From NCBI RefSeq assembly GCF_004010195.1, contig NC_057718.1, positions 74,560,330-74,592,120 of the forward strand: DNA of 31,791 nt. The letters are read 5' to 3'. The position numbers and the translations under genes are program-made. The notes beneath the pieces are model-generated. The model worked only from the letters and a program-made list of their open reading frames with translations. It did no database searches and was not told the DNA's origin. The DNA comes from Chiloscyllium plagiosum. Its lineage: Eukaryota. Positions 10,691-22,724 of the stretch are shown here, in pieces. The first letter of the stretch is position 1. The number at the start of each line of letters is the position of its first letter.

Positions 10691-11494
10691 ATTAAGTACC
10701 TCTCAACCTTCTTCTCTCTAATGAAAACAGCCTCAAGCCCCTCAGCCTTTCCTTGTAAGACCTTCCCTCTATACCAGGCAACATCCTAGTAAATCTCCTC
10801 TGCACCCTTTCCAAAGCTTTCACATCCTTCTTATAATGTGGTGACCAGAACTGTACACAATACTCCAAGTGTGGCTGCACCAGAGCGTTGTACAGCTGCA
10901 GCATAACCTCATGGTTCCGGAACTCGATCCCTCTATTAATAAAAGCTAAAACACTGTATGCCTTCTGAATAACCCTGTCAACCTGGGTGGGAACTTTCAA
11001 GGATCTGTGTACATGGACACCGAGATCTCTCTGCTCATCTACACTACCAAGAATCTTACCATTAGCCCAGTACTTTGCATTCCATTTACTCCGACCAAAG
11101 TGAATCACCTCACACTTGTCCGCATTAAACTCCATTTGCCACCTCTCAGCCCAGCTCTGCAGCTTATCTATGTCTCTCTGTAACCTACAACATGCTTCGT
11201 CACTATCCACAAATCCATCGACCTTAGTGTCGTCTGCAAATTTTGCAGCTTAGAGGAGTCCATGGACCATGTATATATTACATCGTAATTTGTCATAGAC
11301 TCTATTTTGTTTCCTAAAGCAGATATGTCTGATTGCAGTTCAGACCCATGCTCCTGATTTTTGGCACTCAGCATGCAATATTGCAGACAGTTTAATGGAC
11401 CTCATCAGGCTTAGCCAAGGTTGACATGAACAGGTCCATGCAGAGGGCTGTTTGGCCTGACAGCCTGGTTCCAGAGGGTCAATCATTGCTTCTT

Positions 11495-12230
11495 AAAAAA
11501 TGATTGCCATTGTCTCTCCTCAGCCTAGATTACAAAGTTATTCTCAGAAAAATGTCTTCCCACCTTGTCACCACATGATACCATTTGATCCACCCCGACT
11601 AGTCCAATACATCCTGGGCCAAGCCATTTATAATAACATTCATCCATCTATCCCAGAGGAATGGTTCTCCATTGGCTGCAATCCTTTCCCTTGATCATGA
11701 GATGTTTGATAGTGTGGATCACAAATACTTATTTGGAACTCTGCGAATGTTTAGTTTCAAAATGCAGTTTGCTGCCTAAATCTACATCTGTACACTGCTG
11801 ATGTGTTGTGTGGTTACAAAACTTCAATTATGACATGTAGCTCCTATTCATGGACATATAAAATCTCAATTATGACATGCAGATCTGGTTTTCATAACTC
11901 TTTACAAGAGTGGTCTGTCTTATCTGGAACAGATCAAGATTTGGAATATGGTCACCTCAGAGCATGCTATTCAGGAATCCAATATGGTTTTGTTAGCCAG
12001 TAGAGGAAAGATGTTGGACTGCTGGTGTGACAAGGCTTGAGCACTTATATAGTGAGACAACTGAAACTTACAGTGGGTTTCCATGAGAACTGACACAGAT
12101 TTGGGTGAAACTTTACATTGGTCCTAATTCCTGACACCTCTCTTGAGGATTCAAAACTCCATATTTTGAGCCAGTTAGGAAATTATTCCCATTCCCAGAG
12201 CTTAATACAACTGTCAGTGAGCAATCAAAT
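11495..12230 (+). mobile_element. Second decayed Tx1 (L1-clade) ORF2 fragment
   Basis: KK*LPLSLLSLDYKVILRKMSSHL (RPISLL-DYKI motif); ILGQAIYNNIH; FDSVDHKYLFGTLRMFSF (KAFDRV motif); IKIWNMVTS. 12115-12195 is homologous to 8545-8628. Confidence 0.72.
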
Positions 12231-12560
12231 CACTCCAGAGAAGTGGCTGAAAATAGTAAATGTTAGATTGAAACTCCAACATTTAGAGTTATTTAATTTG
12301 AGAATATAACAAGGGATGGCCATCCTTCAAGTGTTGGGAAAATTGACAGCTGCACCTAACATTAATTGTTAGACGTAAATGCCTTTTTATCTACTTGTTG
12401 GATCCAAAGTAACTGGCAGAGCAACCTGTCACAGCCTTTCATGGGTTAATTTAGGGATGCACACTGGCAAAATACTGGGAGGCCTAGTTTGGGAAATGTG
12501 CCTGCAGTGGTAGCAAATGATCCTTAATTCATCTCTCAAAGTTGTTCGGTAGGACTTATA

Positions 12561-15250
12561 GCAGTCATTCCATTCACGCACCACCCTCTGCGTGAAAAAG
12601 TTGCTCCTTAGGTCCCTTTTATATCCTTCCCCTCTCACCCTAAACTTATGCCCTCTAGTTCTGGACTCCACCACCTCAGACCTTGTCTATTTATCGTATT
12701 TATACCCCTCATGATTTCATAAACCTCTATAAGGTCACTCCTCACCCTCCAACACTCCATGGAAAACAACCCCAGCCTATTCAGCCTCTCCCTATAGCTC
12801 AAACTCTCCAACCCTGGCAACATCCTTGTAAGTCTTTTCTGAACCCTTGTAAGTTTCACAACATCCTTCCAATAAGAAGGAGACCAGAATTGCACACAGC
12901 ATTCCAATAGTGGCCTAACCAATGTCCTGTATAGCCGCAACATTACCTCTCAACTCCTATACTCAATGTTCTGACCAATAAAGGAAAGCATTCCAAATGC
13001 CTTCTTCAGTATCCAATCTACCTGCGACTCTACTTTCAAGGAACTAAGAACCTACACTCCAAGGTCTCTTAGTTCAGCAACACTCTCCAGGACCTTACCA
13101 TTGAGTGTATAAGTCCTGCTCTGATTTGCTTTTTCAAAATGCAGTATCTCACATTTTTAAATTAAATTCCATCTGCCACTCCTCAGCCCATTGGCCCATC
13201 TGGTGAAGATTCTGTTGCACTCTGATGTAACATTCATCACTGTCCACTACACTTCCAATTTTGGTATCATCTGCAAACTTATTAACTATACCTCTTATGC
13301 TCACTTCCAAATCATTTATATAAATGATGAAAAGTTGTGGACCCAGCACCGATTCTGTGGCACACCACTGGTCACAGGCCTCCAATCTGAAAAGCAAACC
13401 TCCATCACCACCCTCTGTCTTTTACATTCGAGTCCGTTCTGTATCCAAATGGCTAGTTCTCCATGTATTCCATGAGATCTAACCTTGCTAACCAGCCTCC
13501 CATGAGGAACCTTGTCAAACACCTTACTGAAGTCCATTTAGATCACATCCACTGTTCTGCCCTCAATCCTCTTTGTTACTTTTTCAAAAAATTCAATCAA
13601 GTTCGTGAGACATGATTTCCCATGCACAAAGCCATGCTGACTATCCCCAATCAGTCCTTGCCTGTCCAAATAGTTGGATATCCTGTCCCTCAGGATTCCC
13701 TCGAATAATTGGCCCACCACTGATGTCAGGCTCACCGGTCTATAGTTCCCTGGCTTTTAATTACCACCTTTCTTAAACAGTAGCACCACGTTAGCTAACC
13801 TTCAGTCTCCTGGCACCTCACCTGCGACTATCGATGATACAAATATCTCAGCAAAGGGCCCAGCAATCACTTCCCTAGCTTTCCACAGAGTTCTGGGGTA
13901 TATCTGATCACGTCCTAGGGACTTATCAACTTTTATACATTTCAAGAGATCCAGCACCTCCTGCTCTGAACTATGAACATTTTTCAAGATGTCACCATCT
14001 ATTTTCCCCACATTCTATATCTTCCATGTTTAGTGTCTCCCACATCTCCTGTAACTCCACGTTGCTGATCTTTGAGGGGTCCTATTTTCTTCCTAGTTAC
14101 CCTTTTGTCCTTAACATATTTATAAAAACCCGTTGGGTTCTCCTTAGCCCGATTTGCCAAAGCTTTCTCATGTCTCCTTTTTGCCCTCCTAATTTCCCTC
14201 TTAAGTATATTCCTCCTGCCTTTATAATCTTCTTATAATCTCTCCTGTTTATACCTGACATATGCTTCCTTCTTTTTCTTAACAAAACCTCAATTTCTTT
14301 TGTCATCCAGCATTCCCTACACTTACCAGCCTTTCCTTTCGCCCTAACAGGAATATACTGTCTATGGACTCTCGTTATCTCAATTTAGAAGACTTCCCAT
14401 TTTCCAGCCGTCCCTTTATCTGCCTCCAATCAGTTTTTGAAAGTTCTTGCCTAATACTGTCAAAATTAGCCTTCCTCCAATTTAGAACTTCAACTTTTAG
14501 ATCCGGTCTATAATTTTCCATCATTATTTTAAAACAAATAGAATTATGAGTGCTGGCCCAAAAACGCTCCCCCACTGACACCTCAGTAACCTGCACTGCC
14601 TTATTTTCCAAGAGTAGGCAAGTTTTACACCTTCTGTAGTAGGTACATCCACATACTGAATCAGAAAATTGTCTTGTACGCACTTAAGAAATTCCTCTCC
14701 ATCTGAACCTTTAACACTATGGCAGTCCCAGTCTTTGTTTGGAAAGTTAAAATCCCCGACCATAACCACCCTGTTATTCTTACAGATAACTGAAAGTTCC
14801 TTACAAATTTGCTTCTCAATTTCCCACTGACTGTGAGGGGGGTCTATAATATAATTCCAATAAGGTGATCATCCCTTTCTTATTTCTCAGTTCCATCCGA
14901 ATAACCTTCTTCGATGTAACCCAGGAATATCCTCCCTAAGTATATGATTAATGCTATCCCATATCAAAAATGCCACTCCTCCTCCTCTCTTGCCCCCCTT
15001 TCTATCCTTCCTATAGCATTCCTGGAACATTAAGCTACCAGTTCTGTCCATGCCTGAGCCACGTTTCTGTAATTGCTATGATATCCCAGTCCCATGTTCC
15101 TAACCATGCCCTGAGTCCATCTGCCTTCCCTGTTAGGTCTCTTGCATTGAAGTAAATGCAGTTTAATTCATCAGTCCTACCTTGTTCTCTGCTTTGTTCC
15201 TGCCTGCTCTGACTGTTTGACTCATTCCCTTTCCCAACTGTACCAGTCTC
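12561..15250 (-). mobile_element. Near-full-length decayed CR1 ORF2 (APE endonuclease + RT), 3' tail missing
   Basis: CIYFNARDLTGKADGLRAWLGTWDWDIIAITETWL; VGDFNFP; QHGFVHGKSCLTNLIEFF; DFSKVFDKVPH; KFADDTK; FFTQRVVREWN. Confidence 0.95.
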
Positions 15251-15299
15251 CTGATGTGATTCTACAACTGGACAACACTTGAAAAACAATCCCCATTGT

Positions 15300-15705
15300 G
15301 TGAATACCTACACTAACAGTGACTTCAAGATTATTAATTAGGTTTACTATGTGGCTCACTTGTGCATGCTAGAAGCAATATATTTTCATAGCAGAGTCAT
15401 ATGCTTTGCAAACAGAAAGATCATGCCCAGGCATTTTCTCTCTTCAACCAAACAAAAGCTTGGGGGTCAACCATCCCTTTGTGTAGTCCCCATATCAATG
15501 TCTTAATCAATAAGAATTAATTTGCCTAGTTTGAATTTAAACAAAAGTTAGGTAGTTAACTATTTTCTGGGGCATTTTCCACAGAGATACTTCTAACTAT
15601 CAGAGTTCAGTTGCCAACAACAACTTTTCATGTTGTGGAAATTGCTATTCCCTTTGCAATTTTGTATTCTTATGATTATGTGCTGGTGAGTGCAAGACAA
15701 ATCAC
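15300..15705 (+). mobile_element. Decayed 3' end of a Penelope-like element (GIY-YIG C-terminus + terminal repeat), second family
   Basis: DFKIIN*VYYVAHLCMLEAIYF then, after a frameshift, LCKQK (like the L..LEA.YI...P.L..Q terminus). Degenerate hammerhead-like CTGGTGAGTGCAAGACAAA at 15683-15701. Confidence 0.6.
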
Positions 15706-15889
15706 AATTCTCAAGATCATTATTTATTTACCTTGGTCATTACTGGCAGTTGCTTCTGTGCTTCATACTTTGAGCATCAGAAAATAAGGCAAAGGCTTTT
15801 AATATTCTCAAGATTTTTAGTAATATTAATTGAAAAAAATTGACAACATTAATGAGCTAGTAACTAAATAAATGTTATTAAAACATTAC

Positions 15890-16128
15890 CAAAGGAGGAA
15901 AAGGAACGGTGCTGAGAGTTTCTTTACACTCCAATAGGCGTTAGGGTTGGAAATTCCTTACCAAAAACAGTGATAGAAACAAAATCCATAATAAGTTTGA
16001 GGAATGAGAATATCTGAGGAAGAAAACATTTAGAAAGCAGGGAATATGGTTAAATGTATTGTATTTTTACTAGGCAGGCTAAATTTCAAGAAGCACAATG
16101 ACCTCCTTCTGTATTACAAACTTCTAGG
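15890..16128 (+). mobile_element. Ancient CR1-like 3' remnant
   Basis: TTTCTTTACAC...GGAAATTCCTTACC...ATGACCTCCTTCTGTATTACAAACTTCTA resembles CR1 3' ends. Confidence 0.45.
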
Positions 16129-17063
16129 CTGTAGTTTTGATCTTGGGTTTTTCTATGAAACTGATGCATTCACTTGTTACACATCCTTCATGACTTTTGA
16201 AAATTGAGGGGATGTACAACAGCAAATAATCCAATATCACTTGATTTATACCATCTTTAAATGTCAAAATTGCCTCATATAACTCTGTTACCCCATAGTG
16301 AGATTATGATTGTAACACTTTAAGACATCACACCATAATTGGACCCAGGTGGATCTGTTCCACCTGTTCTGTGCTTCAGAATTTATAAAACAAAATATGT
16401 TTCCTATTTAACTCCTTCAAAAAAAAACATGGTGAAGAATAAAATGATCTACTTTATTAGCTTTATCTGTTTACTCAACCCAGCAGTGTGTTTTTGTTTG
16501 TTCCGTTTGTATTTGGGTTCTCGGAAAGATGTTCCCATGGGAGGAAGGTCTGTCTCATTAACTGAGGAGCTGTGAATTCACACGATGTTGCCATTGAAGC
16601 ATCCCCATTTGACCTATTGGTGCAGGCAGGTTAATTAATGAAACTGCTAAAAATGGTTAGACATGAGCAGTCCTTGAGGAACTCATGCAACAATGTTTAA
16701 AGGTTGAAATGACTCATCTGCATAAAACACAACTACATCCCTTGATTCCAATCTGCAGGAAGTCATCTCCTGATTGTCATTAGCCGAAATTTTACAAGAT
16801 CCATCATGATGCCATTCTCAATTAAATACTATCCTGATGTCAATCCTTTCATCTCTCTTCACCTTTGGAATTATTTTTTTTAATCCATGTTTAGGTCAAG
16901 GTTATAATGACATCTCAATCAAGTGATCCTAGAGAACCCCAAACAAAGAAATGGGAAGCAGGCGATTACAAATGCTACTTGATAGCACTATCTTTGACTT
17001 TCCAATCTACTGATTTAGCATAGTCAAATAGGGCATTAATTAGATAGACTGAATTTGTCCTAC

Positions 17064-19670
17064 TTGATTTGATTTGATCTGATTTGTTGTAGTCTTGTAA
17101 TTAAGTATGGTGAAACACATTGTTTGTGAGCCGCACAGGCACATCATAGTTAGCAAGGACATACAGATCATTGGGTGCTTAGACACAGTGAGGCATACAG
17201 GTTACAATGCACAGGAGATGCATGAAGCAAGATCAAAAGAAGCATTATTTAAAATTAGAGAGACATTCAAGCTGCTCTTGAACCTGTTGGTGTGTGTGTG
17301 TTCAGGCTTCTGTATCTTTTGCCTGATGGAAGATGTTATAGGAGTGCATTATTAGGCTGGAGGAGTCTTTGATGATGTTGACAGCCTTTCCACGGCAGCA
17401 AGAAGTGTAAATGGAGTCCCTGGATGGAAGGTTGGCTTCCATGATGACCTGGGCTGGGTACACAACTTCTGTAGCTTCTTATGGTCCTGGGCAGAGCAGT
17501 TACCATACTAGGTAACTGTGCATTATGCACCGGGATGGTATGCTTTTTATGGTGCACCTGTAAATGTTGGTGAGGATCCTTATGGAAATGCCAAATTTCC
17601 TAAGCTGCCTGAAGAAGAAGAGACATTGTTATGCTTTCTTGCCCGTCACATCTATGTGGAAAGTCCAGTACAGGTTGTAGGTTATCGCCACTCCTACGAG
17701 TATAATGCTCTTAACCTCCGCTCCTTTGCTGTAGATGGAGGTGTGTTCTCTCCGTTCTTTCTGAAGTCAATGATCAGTTCTTTTGTTTTGTCAACATTGA
17801 GAGGGAGGTTGTTACAACTGCACCATGACACATTGCCCTCTAACTCCTTTCTGTATTCTGATACATCATTCTTAGATAACTGTCCTATTAGAGTGGTGTC
17901 ATCAGCAAAAGGGTAGATCGTGTTCATTCAGAATTTGGGTGCACAGGGAGTACAGTAAGGAGCTGAGGGCTCCAGTGGGTTATTGTGGAGGATGTGCAGT
18001 TGTCTGTCTTCATTCATTGAGGTCTGTGGGTCAGGAAGCTGAGGAATTCAATTGCAGAGGGTGGAGCCGAGACCTAGGTCTCAGAGTTTTGAGATCTGTC
18101 TGGAGGGGATTAGAGTGTTGAAGGTGGAGCTGTAGTCGATGAATAGGACTCTGATGTCGATGTCCTTGTTGTCCAGATGTTCTAGGGATGACTGCAGGGC
18201 TAGGTAAATTTTGTCAATTATGGACATGTTATGTTAGTAGGCAAATTGCAGGGGATCAAAGAAGGCTGGGAGGCTTGAGTTGAGTTGGGCCATAATCAGC
18301 TTCTCAAAGCACTTCATCACTATGGAGGTCAGAGCCATTTGGAGGTAGTCATTGAGGCATGTTGCATGTGTCTTCTTTGGTATTGGGATGATGGTGGTCT
18401 TCTTGAAGCAAGTAGGGATGTTGGCTTGTAGGACGGAGACTTGAAGATGTCAGTGAATATCTCCACCAGCTGGTCTACACATGATCTAAGTGCAGAGCTG
18501 GGAAATCCATCCCGGTCCATAGCTTTCCTTGGGTTGACTCTCAGGAAGATTGATCTGACATCTGCAGGGATGGCAGCGGGAACAGGTGTGTCTGAGAATG
18601 TTGGGGCAGATGACACTGCTCCGCTGGCTTTCACTTAAACCGAGCATAGAAAGCACTGCGTGCATCAGAGAGGCATGTGCTTTTGTCCGTCGTCTTGCTC
18701 TGCTTCATTTTGTATCCTGTTATGTTGTTTAGGCTGTACTGAGGAAGCTAAAATACCACAGAGGGGTCAGTTCCATGCCTTACTTCTCTTTGAGGACACA
18801 TTGTGGTTAAACATTCCACTACCAAAGGACTTACTGCAGTGTCAACTGAAAGCCTGTACTCTTACAATACAGACAGAACATCTCAGTGTGTGTGTGTGTG
18901 TGGTGGAGGGGGGTGGGGGGCTGACTGTATCTCAGAAATGGAGCCTAATGGAGCCTCACATGTGGATTCCCCTGTAGCCTCTGAAAGAAGTATTTGCGCT
19001 TCCCAGACAAGACTGATTGCCTTGGCCACAACCCTGTTAAACTGCCTCCTACTCCCATTATTTTACTTCCCCTCCATATTAGCATAGGTGCGTGAATTCC
19101 CCATTGAGAACAGACAAAACGCTTCTGTTTTAATCTCTTCCCATCAACACATGATCATGAAGGATATATTCACAAGTTATCACAGGACATCGACATTCAT
19201 TGGGTTTTGTAAATTCATAATTACCTATCTTAAATTATGTAATGACAATCGACCATGATAAACCTTTTATTTAATCCCTATAAAAATATTGTCTTTGTGT
19301 GTAGGGCAGAGATTCGTGGAGAAGTGTCATCACAAGTTGACACACGGCTACTTTGGGGACATTTTGAATATCTCACCGGCTGTCTAACAATGAAGTATCT
19401 ACCATTGTACAGAAACATGTCGTCCGGATACATCAGCAGTACCACAGGCAGCAGATGTCTATATGGTTGGTCTGAGCCTCTAACTTGATTCAGTGATGCT
19501 TCTTAGCATCTCTGATGGCTTTGCAAAGGTCATATCTGGATTTTCTGCATAGGTCTGGGTTGTACGAATTGAATGCTGCATGCCAGATTTACTGGTTCAT
19601 CCAAGGTTTCCAGTTCGGGAACACCCTGATTAACTTCTTTGGCATGCAGTCCTCCATGCATTTGCTCATG
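17064..19670 (-). mobile_element. Rex1/Babar-clade LINE (17064-18734 + ~19445-19670)
   Basis: FADDTTLIGQLSKNDVSEYRKELEGNVSWCSCNNLPLNVDKTKELIIDFRK; LRVNPRKAMDRDG...LRSCVDQL; RVFPNWKPWMNQ; (GATTT)n tail at 17064-17085. Confidence 0.88.
18735..19444 (+). mobile_element. Probable solo LTR inserted in the Rex element
   Basis: 710-bp insert in collinear Rex ORF. Begins TGTACTG, ends CAGTACCA; TATAAAAA at 19279; AATGAA (degenerate polyA signal?) at ~19389. TSD ambiguous. Confidence 0.55.
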
Positions 19671-19671
19671 A

Positions 19672-20215
19672 GTCAAGGATGACTCAGTTGGTAACACTCA
19701 TATTTCAGAGTCAGAAGATTGCATATTCAGGACCCATATGAACATAAAATTCAAAGACAGACATTCCATTTCTATACTGAGGGAATACTTCATCATCAGA
19801 GGTGATAAATAATAAATCACAGCTCAAACTGACGTCTCAAGTGGGCACAAAAGATCCCATGTCACCGTTTTGAAGAAGAGCAGGAGAGATACCATATATA
19901 AAAGAAAAACATTACAGATGCTGGAAATATGAAACAGACTCTGTAGGTCTGGTAGCATCTCTGGATGAGGAAACAGAATTAATGTTTCAGCTCTGTGACT
20001 TTCATCCTCATAGTTGTTTTCAGTTTCCTGAACAATACTTATTCCTCAATCCACATCACAAACATTGATTATGTAGTCATTAAAAAATGTGTTGTTATGG
20101 GACTTGCTGTTGCAAATGCTAAGTTTCCTACAGGACAACAGTTTTTAAAAAAATACTTTATTGGCTGTAAGGCACTTATGGACATCCCGTGGTTGTTAAA
20201 GCTGCTAAAAAGGCC
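19672..20215 (+). mobile_element. Deu-domain SINE (SacSINE1/AmnSINE-like)
   Basis: tRNA-like head TGACTCAGTTGGTAACACTC; AAAAGATCCCATGTCACCGTTTTGAAGAAGAGCAGG Deu core; L2-like tail TACTTTATTGGCTGTAAGGCAC. Confidence 0.75.
19900..20006 (-). mobile_element. Old PLE pseudo-LTR fragment inside the Deu-SINE
   Basis: CAGATGCTGGAAAT...AGGTCTGGTAGCATC resembles 9150-9212. The minus strand starts GATGAAAGTCACAGAGCTGAAACATT. Confidence 0.55.
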
Positions 20216-20684
20216 AGTTTTTCAATGTTTCATGGGCAGAATATATTGCAACAGTTTCCATGTTGACTGGTGGATGCCAGTGTCATAGCTGTACTGGAAT
20301 AACTTTGCTGAAAGTGCAGCCAATTCTGAAGTGCTACAGTGAGGATACTTTTGGAGTTCATAGATTTTGTTGTATCAAAGTTGCTCAGATATTTCTTAAT
20401 AACACATAGAGTATATTGAATTGGCTGATGACATTAACCTGTGTTTCAGTAAAAGGATGAAATGGGTCATCATTTGGCATTTGTTGGCTGACGCTGGTTG
20501 CAAACAATACAGCCTTGCGTTTTGCACCTGTGTTGGGTTATGCCATGATTGAAGATGTGGATATTCATTGAGCTTCCTTCTCACATTAGTTGCTAATTGC
20601 TCATCAATGAGCAAAAATCAGCAAAGCTATTGGTGATGGTATTACTTTTCTCTGTTCAGAACATGTTGCATCCGCTGTTCACCA

Positions 20685-21752
20685 AAACAAAATGCATTTT
20701 CAGAATGCTGTGACATCTCAAGTACTCTATAATTAATGAAACATAGTTAATTGCACTCACTGTTGGAGTGTAGGAAGCACAGCACCCAATTTACACACAG
20801 CAATCTTATATAATCAATCGTGATGAACGACAGTACCCTGGAAAGCAGCAAGGATCATAGCAATCTTGGTGTGCATGCATATCAGTCTCTTAAGTTTTCA
20901 GAACAGGTGCACAAAGTGGTTAAGAAGGCAAATAGAATACTTGCCTTTATTAGCCAAGGCACAGAATTTAAGAGTAGGGAGATTATAATGAAAGTGTAGA
21001 CCATTACATGAGTGTTGTGTGCAGTTCTGGGATCCAAATTAAAGGAGGGACGTGATTACAGTGGAGAGGGTGCAGAGGAAATTTGCCAGGATGCTGTCCA
21101 GGCTGAAAAGTTTCAGTTATGAATAAAAATTGGACAGACTGGGGTTGTTTTCCTTTCAGCAGAGGAGTTAGAGAGTGGAAATGATTGAGATTCATAAAAT
21201 TGCAAGGAGCATGGATAGGGTGAACAGGATTAAACTTTTTTTCTTGATGGAGGGATCTGTGATATGTGACATAGATTTAAGGTAAGGGACAGAAGATTCA
21301 CAGGAGATGTAAGGAAAAATGTCTTCACCCAGAGGATGGTTAGTACAGGCTAAACCTTCATGACATTTAAGAAGTATTTAAATGTGCACTTGCGAAACCA
21401 AGTCATACAAAGCTATGGGACAATGCTGGGAAACAGGATTCGAATAGGTAGGTGTTTGTTTTGCTGATAATGATAGTTCACAGATTATGGAGTAAATATT
21501 AATGAGGACACTGGGCATAACTCTCCTGCTTTTCCCCAAAAATAAAATTTAGAGGCATTTTTATATCCACCTGAAACAACACCTAAGTTTAAGTTCTCAT
21601 CCAAAAGACAGCACTTTGATGGTGCAACATTCCCTCAGTACTGCACTGCAATGTCAACATCATTTTTCTGTGTCCATTTCCTGGAGTGGGACTTGAACTT
21701 ACAAATTTTTGATTCAGTGGCAACGATTGCTATTAACTAAGTTATCGCTGAC
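20685..21752 (-). mobile_element. Deu-domain SINE split by a CR1
   Basis: CATCCAAAAGACAGCAC...CCCTCAGTACTGCACTG, B-box-like GGGACTTGAAC, AACTCTCCTGCT; tail portion at 20685-20834. Confidence 0.75.
20835..21462 (+). mobile_element. 5'-truncated CR1
   Basis: GTGGTTAAGAAGGCAAATAGAATACTTGCCTTTATTAG...TGTGTGCAGTTCTGG...TTCACCCAGAGG, CR1 C-terminal motifs. Confidence 0.85.
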
Positions 21753-21904
21753 AGTAGGTTTGAATGTAGTCATATGTTGCAGCTTCACCAGGGTGCTGCC
21801 TCTTTTCATTTATATCTGGTCCTGCTCTTGCCTACCACTTCTACATTCCTTATTTAACCAGTGTTGGTGCATTGTTTGACAGTAATGATAGAGCAAGGAT
21901 GACA

Positions 21905-22475
21905 TTTAAAAAAAAAATAATTTAATGGATGTAAATTTCACTGCTCGGGCCAGTGTGTATTGCCCATTCCTAGTTACTCTTGAGAAGGCGGTAGTGAGTT
22001 CACTTCTTGAACTGCTGCAGTCCATTTGGTGTAGGATCCCCCTATAGTGCATTTAGAGAGAGAGTTCCAAGATTTTGACCCAGCAAAACTGAATGAACAG
22101 CGATTGAATTCCAAGTAACATAATGACTTGCTTGGAGGGAATCTTGCAGGTGGTAGTGTTCCCATGTATTTATTGTGCTTAGCCTTCTAGAAGGCAGTGA
22201 TCATGAGTTCGGGAGTTGTTGTCTAAGGTGCTATCTAAGGAGACTTGGTGAATTTCTGCAATACTTCCTGTATATAGTACATGTTACTGCTGCTGTCTAT
22301 CAGTGGTGGAGAGAGTGAATGTTTGAGCATGTGCAGCCAATCAAGGGGACTGCTTTATCTGGATAGTGCAGGTTTCCGGGATGTTTTTGGAGTTGCACTT
22401 GTCCAGGTAAGTCGCGAATATTTTGTCATACTCCTGACTTGTGCTGTGTAGATTGTGGACAGGCTTTGGGAGTCC
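21905..22475 (-). mobile_element. 3' portion of L2/CR1-group LINE
   Basis: SFSFAGSKSWNSL C-terminal motif; homologous to 6195-6430. Confidence 0.75.
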
Positions 22476-22477
22476 TA

Positions 22478-22690
22478 GAGATCTATAGTATAGATAACTG
22501 CATTTTGGCCCATTGAGTCTGTGCCAGTCACAATCACATAAAAAATATAATCCCATTTTCCAGCACTTGGCCCATAGCCTTGCATACTCTACCATTGCAA
22601 GAATATATCTAAATAATTCTTTAAATGCTATGATGGTTTCTGCCTCTCCCACCCTTATAGGCAGTGAGTTCCAGACTCCAATCACCCTGG
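22478..22690 (-). mobile_element. CR1 3' fragment
   Basis: RVIGVWNSLPIRVGEAETIIAFK plus 3' UTR. Confidence 0.8.
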
Positions 22691-22724
22691 TGGTGGTTGA
22701 CAGTGCAGGAGTGGGAATCCTGCT

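Larger units (their letters stand above)
8887..11243 (-). mobile_element. Relatively young 5'-truncated CR1 (8887-9129, 9341-9440, 10687-11243), interrupted twice
   Basis: 3' tail TAGAACATAGAA; FFTQRVVRVWNALP; uninterrupted 172-aa ORF 10692-11210 (WQMEFNADKCEVIHFG...HLEYCVQFWSP); FADDT at ~11240. Flanks of 9441-10686 rejoin as the RGDLIETYKIIRG-like region. Confidence 0.88.
16590..21900 (-). mobile_element. Ancient L2/CR1-group LINE ORF2 (segments ~16590-17063, ~20222-20680, ~21753-21900) hosting nested elements
   Basis: Segments are collinear with the RT region of this LINE group as I recall it (GAATTTGTCCTACTT | GATGCCAGTGTCATAGCTGTACTGGAA | GCAGCTTCACCAGG). Confidence 0.6.

Noticed and set aside
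11824..11879. 14-bp direct repeat TCAATTATGACATG around 28 bp (TSD- or CRISPR-like)
   Set aside because: Only two units, near an internal deletion in Tx1. Probably a small duplication or repair scar; a eukaryotic locus with no cas genes.
16345..16366. CAGGTGGA/TCCACCTG hairpin
   Set aside because: An 8-bp stem is expected by chance in 32 kb.
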